In this document: positions 59,031 to 64,000 of the stretch, in pieces | How the letters are laid out: the number at the start of each line of letters is the position of its first letter | Position numbering within the stretch: the stretch's first letter is position 1 | DNA from: Actinomycetota bacterium | GTDB taxonomy: Bacteria > Actinomycetota > CADDZG01 > JAHWKV01 | Reading direction: 5' to 3' | Length of the DNA stretch: 64,000 nt | Assembly: GCA_046262935.1 (NCBI GenBank) | Contig: JBHELT010000083.1 | Span: 5,360-69,359 of the forward strand | Program-made: the position numbers and the translations under genes | The notes under the pieces: generated by a model | What the model saw: the letters and a program-made list of their open reading frames with translations, nothing else | What the model was told of the DNA's origin: nothing | Databases searched by the model: none

Positions 59031-59426
59031 ATGGACAAACCTGCCCCGTTAGACACCGAGCTCGTCAATCGATTCGTGGTTGCCGGTCACGCTGACTTAG
59101 ACGCCGTACGAGAGATGCTCGCCGATCGGCCTTCACTGGTGAATGCAACATGGGATTGGGGAGGCGGCGACTGGGAAACGGCGCTCGGCGGCGCATCGCA
59201 CATGGGGCGCTCCGACATCGCAGGCTTCCTGTTGGCGGCAGGAGCCCGGATGGACATCTTCTGCGCCACCATGCTCGGCCTAACCGACATAGTGATGGCG
59301 ATGATTGCCGCCGATGGACGCGCCCTCACAGCCCTCGGCCCTCACGGGATCGGCCTCGTGCAGCATGCCGAGGCAGGCGGCGGTGCCGGGCTTGCTATGC
59401 GACTTAGAGAACTCGGGGCTTCTTAG
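59031..59426 (+). CDS. ankyrin-repeat protein
   Basis: 131 aa with about three ANK-like helix-turn-helix repeats (...GxTALHxAxxxGHxxxxxxLLxxGA... pattern). Confidence 0.6.
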   Translation: MDKPAPLDTELVNRFVVAGHADLDAVREMLADRPSLVNATWDWGGGDWETALGGASHMGRSDIAGFLLAAGARMDIFCATMLGLTDIVMAMIAADGRALTALGPHGIGLVQHAEAGGGAGLAMRLRELGAS

Positions 59427-59737
59427 CGAGGCCATTCGGTTATGAGGAAGTCGATGTCATCGTCGATCCCTTCGCGGGTCATCGCCTGCACGTAAGCAGC
59501 ATTGGCCTTCCGGCGGTTGCCGGCCTTCGATCTTCGGCTTCCGGAACGCCTTGTCATGCGGGCACCCATGATGATCACGGTCGGGGTCGTGGCGATAGCC
59601 AAAAGGGCAGCCCCCGCCGCCGCTCCGGCAGTCCCCCCGACCGCGATCACGGCTATCCCCACGATGCCAAGCGCCAATGCCCAAAGCCCGGCTGCCAACA
59701 GCAAGCCGCACATCACTAGCCATCTGATGTATCTCAT
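59423..59737 (-). CDS. small hypothetical membrane protein
   Basis: 104 aa with two hydrophobic helices and a basic Arg/Lys-rich segment. Confidence 0.35.
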   Translation of the reverse strand: MRYIRWLVMCGLLLAAGLWALALGIVGIAVIAVGGTAGAAAGAALLAIATTPTVIIMGARMTRRSGSRRSKAGNRRKANAAYVQAMTREGIDDDIDFLITEWPR

Positions 59738-59768
59738 GTTTCGATGGTAATCGGTGGGTCTGACAGTT

Positions 59769-60635
59769 CTAGATCGAGGTGCCCAGGGTCTGCGGCTTTG
59801 CTGTTACCCAGTCTTTGACCGCCTGAGAATCGAGTCGACCGATCACCGAAGTCATGGTGAACTCCTCTGCTGCGACTTTGTCTAGGTCGCTCCATGCAAT
59901 GGGGAATGAGACCGGGGCGCCCGGACGGGCCCTTGGCGAAAACACCGATGCGATCGTTGCACCAGGACCATTGCGATGGGCGTCGAAGTAGACACGGCCG
60001 CCACGGTCTGCTTTCGAAAACTCCATCGTAAATAGGCCGGGCTCCTTCTGTGTCGCTAGCTCACCTATCTTCACCGCGAACGAATGCGTGCGCTGATAGT
60101 CGTACAACCTCCTGATGCGCAAACAAACATGCAGGCCCTTCCCGCCGGTGGTTTTCACCTGAGCGTTGGCACCAAGGTCCTTCAGAACAGAACGCACCAC
60201 GAAAGCTCCATTCACAGCCAGATCGAATCGACCCTCCGGTGGATCGAGATCGAACACGATCATGTCGGGACGGTCCCACCTCGAGATTCGATCGAGACAG
60301 TGGTGCAGTTCGACGCCAGATTGGTTTGCGACCCAAACCAGCGTGCGCGCGTTGTTGCACACCAGATAACGGATCTCGCGTTTCGCCGATGGCGCTTCGA
60401 CGGTGCGTGTTGCGATCCAGTCGGGTGTGTACGAAGGTGCATTCTTCTGAAAGAAGATCTCGCCCTCGATACCAGATGGTGCCCGTTTCAACGTCAATAA
60501 GCGCTGCTTCAGCTCCGGTATCAACAGGTTCGAAACACTCTTGTAATAGTCGATGAGTTGTTGCTTCGTGATTGCGTCATCAGGCCACAGCACGCGGTCC
60601 GGATTCGTGATCTTTGGTTCGAAGTTGGCTGGCAC
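59769..60635 (-). CDS. non-homologous end-joining DNA polymerase/primase domain (LigD-POL) protein
   Basis: LigD polymerase-domain hallmarks, including KTTGGKGLHV and D-x-D (MIVFDLDPP). Confidence 0.8.
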   Translation of the reverse strand: MPANFEPKITNPDRVLWPDDAITKQQLIDYYKSVSNLLIPELKQRLLTLKRAPSGIEGEIFFQKNAPSYTPDWIATRTVEAPSAKREIRYLVCNNARTLVWVANQSGVELHHCLDRISRWDRPDMIVFDLDPPEGRFDLAVNGAFVVRSVLKDLGANAQVKTTGGKGLHVCLRIRRLYDYQRTHSFAVKIGELATQKEPGLFTMEFSKADRGGRVYFDAHRNGPGATIASVFSPRARPGAPVSFPIAWSDLDKVAAEEFTMTSVIGRLDSQAVKDWVTAKPQTLGTSI

Positions 60636-60785
60636 CAGGTCATTATCGCTTGGAGGTTGGATGCGGCGAGCCGATCGGCCGGGATGGGCCGGGTAGACGA
60701 CGGGCCCTTGGGGACCAAGAGGTTTTAACGTTCACTCTGGGAATTGCCGGACCGCATAGGCCGACGGTGAGATAGATTTCCGCAG

Positions 60786-62666
60786 ATGAACTGGCGCTCA
60801 TTCCATGCAGAAACGAACCACGGCATCGGCAAGATAAGCGGAACCGAGCACGACCCGGACGTTCCTGAACCGATGGATCCCGCGCGCAAGCCTCACCCAT
60901 TCAAGAACTACTCATCCGGCCGGAACATCGTTCAACTCGCCGATGACAAACAAGCATGGCTCGAAGGAGTTGTGCCGCCGGGCCTGGACCTGGGTGGGAT
61001 CTCGCGCTTGCTCGTTATGGGCGCAGGGAGCAAGCGATACCGCAACCCCCAACTGCGTTCGATGTCTTTCAGGACCTACGCTTCCGCGGGAGCATTGCAT
61101 CCCAACGAGGTGTACGTCGCTACATGTGGGGTCCCCGGCCTGGGCGCCGGTCTTTATCACTTTCATCCGCGCGACAAGATCCTCGTGATGCTTGGCGACG
61201 GCGACCCTCGCAGCGCGATCTCAGGTGCAGCGGGCGATCAGTCTCTATTGGAAACACCTGTCATATTCATCGTCACTGGCATCCCATGGAGAACATCTTG
61301 GAAATACCGCGAACGCGGGTACAGGCACCTTTGGTGGGACGCTGGGATGATCATCGCCAACATCATGGCCCTGGCCGACAGCGTTGCGATCCCATCGAAG
61401 GTTTCGGCGGACTTCATCGACTCGCAGATCGACAACATGTTGGACATCGACGGTGCAACCGAGATGAGTTTGGCGTTGATCTCGCTCGGGACTGGGGGAG
61501 CTCGCCCTGCATCCTCGCTCACATCTTTCGCTCTTGTCGCGGAGCCTATAGGGCCCGAGCCTTTCGAGTTCACGCGCATCACCGAAGTCCATGCCTCGAC
61601 AGCACTTCACGAAATCGCCGATCGGCCTGTCGCCGCGCCTGCATCGGGCGTGGCCATCCCGGGAGAAGACTCGATAGATAAGACCATCTGGCGACGTGGT
61701 TCCGTTCGCCGACTCGACCCCGAAGCAACTACGACTACAGGGATCCTCGCCGACGTTTTGCGCTACACGGCTGCCCCTTGGGCATCGGATTGGGGCGGAA
61801 GCCTCTGCGATCTGTTCGTCGTCGTGAACGGTGTCGATGGATTGCAAAGAGGTGTTTACCGCTGGAGCGACAACAGCCTTTCGCTGGTCAAGGTCGATGA
61901 AGAGTCACGCGACATCGCAACAGGATTGTCTCTGGGCCAAGACCTCGGAGGCGACGGCGCCTTCGTCGTTTTTCCCATGGCCGATCTCGACGACGTGACG
62001 GCCAAGTTCGGGGACCGCGGTTATCGGGTTGCACAACTCGAAGGAGCCATCGTTTCGGGTCGGATCTACCTAGCGGCTTACGCTGTTGGGCTCGCAGCAT
62101 CGGGGCTCACGTTCTTCGATGAGGAGGTCAGCAAATACTTGGGGGCCAAGGGCCTGCCCATGCTCGAGGTATCGGTAGGCAAACCTCTGCCAAGACGCTC
62201 ACCTAAACCTCCGGGCGACTCTCCCGCCAACCTAGACTTAACGGCATCCGATGAGAACGCCTTGCCGATGCACTGGGAGGTTGGGGCACGTGGCTACGAA
62301 GTCGTTTGCAAGGACGCTACGCTCGAGATCTCGTGCATGAAACCGCGCGGGCGGGCCGCCGCCGTTTCGCAAACAGTGAAAGCAGAAGCATTCCGCGGCA
62401 AGAAACTGACCTTGTCGGCAAACATCCAAACGGACCTGCCCGACGATTCTATGGCGGGGATCTTCTTGTCAGTGAGCGTTCCCGACGCAGCACCCCTTCA
62501 CAACGACATGTGGGACACTCCGATCAAAGGAAAGACACCATTCTCGGCGGTAAGCATAGATATCGAGGTGCCAGAAGAGGCCGAATCGATCATGTTTGGC
62601 TTGTGGATGTTTAACGTCGGCAGCACCAAGTTTCGCATGATCGAATTAAAGGAAGCCGGCGAGTGA
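60786..62666 (+). CDS. SagB/ThcOx-type (nitroreductase-fold) dehydrogenase, two-domain, with ~170-aa C-terminal extension of unknown function
   Basis: RTYASAGALHPNEVY matches the SagB-type dehydrogenase hallmark (R-T-x-P/A-SAGA-L/R-x-P-x-E-x-Y). Second nitroreductase-like half. Unrelated C-terminal beta-rich domain. Confidence 0.65.
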   Translation: MNWRSFHAETNHGIGKISGTEHDPDVPEPMDPARKPHPFKNYSSGRNIVQLADDKQAWLEGVVPPGLDLGGISRLLVMGAGSKRYRNPQLRSMSFRTYASAGALHPNEVYVATCGVPGLGAGLYHFHPRDKILVMLGDGDPRSAISGAAGDQSLLETPVIFIVTGIPWRTSWKYRERGYRHLWWDAGMIIANIMALADSVAIPSKVSADFIDSQIDNMLDIDGATEMSLALISLGTGGARPASSLTSFALVAEPIGPEPFEFTRITEVHASTALHEIADRPVAAPASGVAIPGEDSIDKTIWRRGSVRRLDPEATTTTGILADVLRYTAAPWASDWGGSLCDLFVVVNGVDGLQRGVYRWSDNSLSLVKVDEESRDIATGLSLGQDLGGDGAFVVFPMADLDDVTAKFGDRGYRVAQLEGAIVSGRIYLAAYAVGLAASGLTFFDEEVSKYLGAKGLPMLEVSVGKPLPRRSPKPPGDSPANLDLTASDENALPMHWEVGARGYEVVCKDATLEISCMKPRGRAAAVSQTVKAEAFRGKKLTLSANIQTDLPDDSMAGIFLSVSVPDAAPLHNDMWDTPIKGKTPFSAVSIDIEVPEEAESIMFGLWMFNVGSTKFRMIELKEAGE

Positions 62667-63103
62667 GAGCGGGACGCAAGGGGCTTATCGTTTCGGTGAT
62701 AGTCGTGGCAGCGCTCGGTTGCAACAAGGTCCCCGCGAACCATTCCTCTTCTGCCCCACAAGCATCTTCGTCGGCGACACCTCGGCATGTCATGTCGAAC
62801 CAGCCTCCCCCTCAGAGTGGGCTCATCACCGAGAAGGACTCGGGTAAGACGTTCGAGGTAGCCATCGGCCAGAAGATGTCAATTCGTCTCATTAACGGTT
62901 TCGTTTGGACTGCCCCCGAACGACGCGGATCCTCAGTCGAACTGGCTCCGGTGAACTACAAGAGCGACCCGGGCTTCGTCGAGTACGCGATCACGACCGT
63001 GCGATCGGGAAAGACGATCATCACGTCACAAGGTACCGAGAATTGTGGGTCCACCTCATGCCCCGGGAAGATGAGCTTCACCGTCACCGTCGTGGTTCCG
63101 TAA
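62663..63103 (+). CDS. small lipoprotein (lipobox LGC), hypothetical
   Basis: GTG start overlapping the SagB-like stop (GTGA). Signal peptide + AALGC lipobox. ~120-aa mature beta-rich domain with a weak resemblance to small protease-inhibitor folds. Confidence 0.5.
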   Translation: MRAGRKGLIVSVIVVAALGCNKVPANHSSSAPQASSSATPRHVMSNQPPPQSGLITEKDSGKTFEVAIGQKMSIRLINGFVWTAPERRGSSVELAPVNYKSDPGFVEYAITTVRSGKTIITSQGTENCGSTSCPGKMSFTVTVVVP

Positions 63104-63111
63104 AGACGGTT

Positions 63112-63150
63112 AAAGAAAGGGGAGGGCCGAAGCCCTCCCCTTTCCTTTAC
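63112..63150. terminator. bidirectional intrinsic terminator between convergent genes
   Basis: AAAGGGGAGGGC-cgaa-GCCCTCCCCTTT, a perfect 12-bp stem at 63116-63143, flanked by T/A-rich runs on both sides. Confidence 0.7.
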
Positions 63151-63160
63151 CCGTTTGCTG

Positions 63161-64000
63161 TCAGCTTCCGTTCACCTTCTGGACCATAAGCCTTTGTCGC
63201 TTCAGGTCATCGGTGGATGATGCGGGGTTGATCCTTACGCTCTCGGCCGTTGTCATCAGTGATGAGAAGGCCGTATCTGGTATGTGATCACCGTTTGTGT
63301 CGAACAATTGCGGGTATTCGATGCCACCGTTGGCGAAGTTCAACCAAGCGGTGAGGAGTTCTCTGTCGAGCTTTTGAGACTCATCGCCCCCATTGCCGCT
63401 CAACCACAGAACGTCGGACGCCGTTGCGATCGTCGAGGCATCCCGCACTTCATTGAAAACACGGCTCATGTAACCGGCGATCTTCAGGTAGCACTGCAAT
63501 GTCTGCTGAGAAAAGTCGCGGGTTCCCACGCCCCTGTAATTGGTCTGCCAGTAACCTTGGGGCCGCACCCTGCTCCCCGTCGCTCCTTGGATGATCACCG
63601 CTATGCCGTCTGCCCCCGAACCGGCGTCGTCGTCGCCGACGTTAAGGCCGACGTTGTACAAGCAGGCATCACTGAAAGTGTGACTGCGGGCATCGGCAAC
63701 ATTGCGCGGCTGGAAACTAGGGCTCGGCAGAGGATCGTTGGCCGGTGCATTGACCAGCGACTGCATGGACTCGTCCGGTGCCGGGGGCCCGTTGTCCCAG
63801 TTCCAACTGAACAATAAGTCGTCGCTGCCCGGGTCCTGCGATGTCGCACCGAAGAGTACTGGCGATCCGATGTGAGTTATGAACGTCGGACTTCCGTTGA
63901 CCAGGGTGGCCGATGACTTGTCGATGGCCGCAGTGGGATCGACGTTAGCCACTGTCACTTGGTCGGTTGATTGACCAACTCCGCCGTCATCATCGGTAAC
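63161..64000 (-). CDS. hypothetical protein, 5'-partial (reading frame open to window end)
   Basis: The frame continues without a stop beyond nt 64000. No family recognised. Confidence 0.45.
   Translation of the reverse strand, partial: VTDDDGGVGQSTDQVTVANVDPTAAIDKSSATLVNGSPTFITHIGSPVLFGATSQDPGSDDLLFSWNWDNGPPAPDESMQSLVNAPANDPLPSPSFQPRNVADARSHTFSDACLYNVGLNVGDDDAGSGADGIAVIIQGATGSRVRPQGYWQTNYRGVGTRDFSQQTLQCYLKIAGYMSRVFNEVRDASTIATASDVLWLSGNGGDESQKLDRELLTAWLNFANGGIEYPQLFDTNGDHIPDTAFSSLMTTAESVRINPASSTDDLKRQRLMVQKVNGS

Noticed and set aside
60786-62666. The SagB-type dehydrogenase as evidence of a thiazole/oxazole (TOMM) biosynthetic cluster.
   Set aside because: No YcaO/cyclodehydratase, E1-like docking protein or Cys/Ser/Thr-rich precursor is adjacent. 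Stand-alone SagB-like nitroreductases are common.
62663-63103. Lipoprotein as a chagasin-like (I42) cysteine-protease inhibitor.
   Set aside because: Only a vague resemblance in size and beta-rich character. The diagnostic NPTTG/GxGG motifs are not present, so it is left as a hypothetical lipoprotein.
1-64000. Mobile genetic element or genomic island boundaries.
   Set aside because: No transposase, integrase, recombinase, tRNA gene or flanking direct repeats are recognisable. Base composition is fairly uniform apart from small AT-rich palindromes.

Overview
High-GC (about 60-65%) actinobacterial-type chromosomal segment with roughly 55 protein-coding genes and no rRNA, tRNA, CRISPR array, transposase or integrase visible.

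The backbone is housekeeping and lipid or xenobiotic metabolism: Lon protease, YceI, an Fpg/Nei glycosylase in a GTGA/ATGA-coupled operon, an HxlR regulator, a crotonase with a DrrAB-like ABC exporter, an acyl-CoA desaturase with an overlapping TetR, a CaiB-type CoA-transferase, an SDR, an MMPL transporter, a DEAD-box helicase, an MFS pump, an ALDH, DoxX, a FadD-like ligase, VOC dioxygenases, Ada-AlkA plus Ogt, the LigD polymerase domain and two DinB-like proteins.

Five accessory regions stand out:
- 19.4-28.7 kb: a 1,810-aa secreted giant protein with exact decapeptide tandem repeats at two loci and a gingipain-like Cys-peptidase domain, immediately followed by a 1,296-aa protein with two cyclase domains, a P-loop NTPase and TPR repeats.
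- 40.4-44.3 kb: a copper locus of two translationally coupled cupredoxins, a NosD-like beta-helix protein and a multicopper oxidase with an unusual N-terminal membrane extension.
- 44.3-51.2 kb: a co-directional six-gene cluster of two paralogous 68-72 aa leader-core-like peptides, an intrinsic terminator, an M50 site-2-protease-like membrane peptidase, an LPXTG surface protein and a MacB/FtsX ABC exporter, beside a secreted Cys-motif protein that shares a motif with the peptides. This is the best candidate for an undescribed peptide production and export system.
- 60.8-63.1 kb: a SagB-type dehydrogenase with a novel C-terminal domain, translationally coupled to a small lipoprotein.
- Several strong palindromic operator candidates in intergenic regions.
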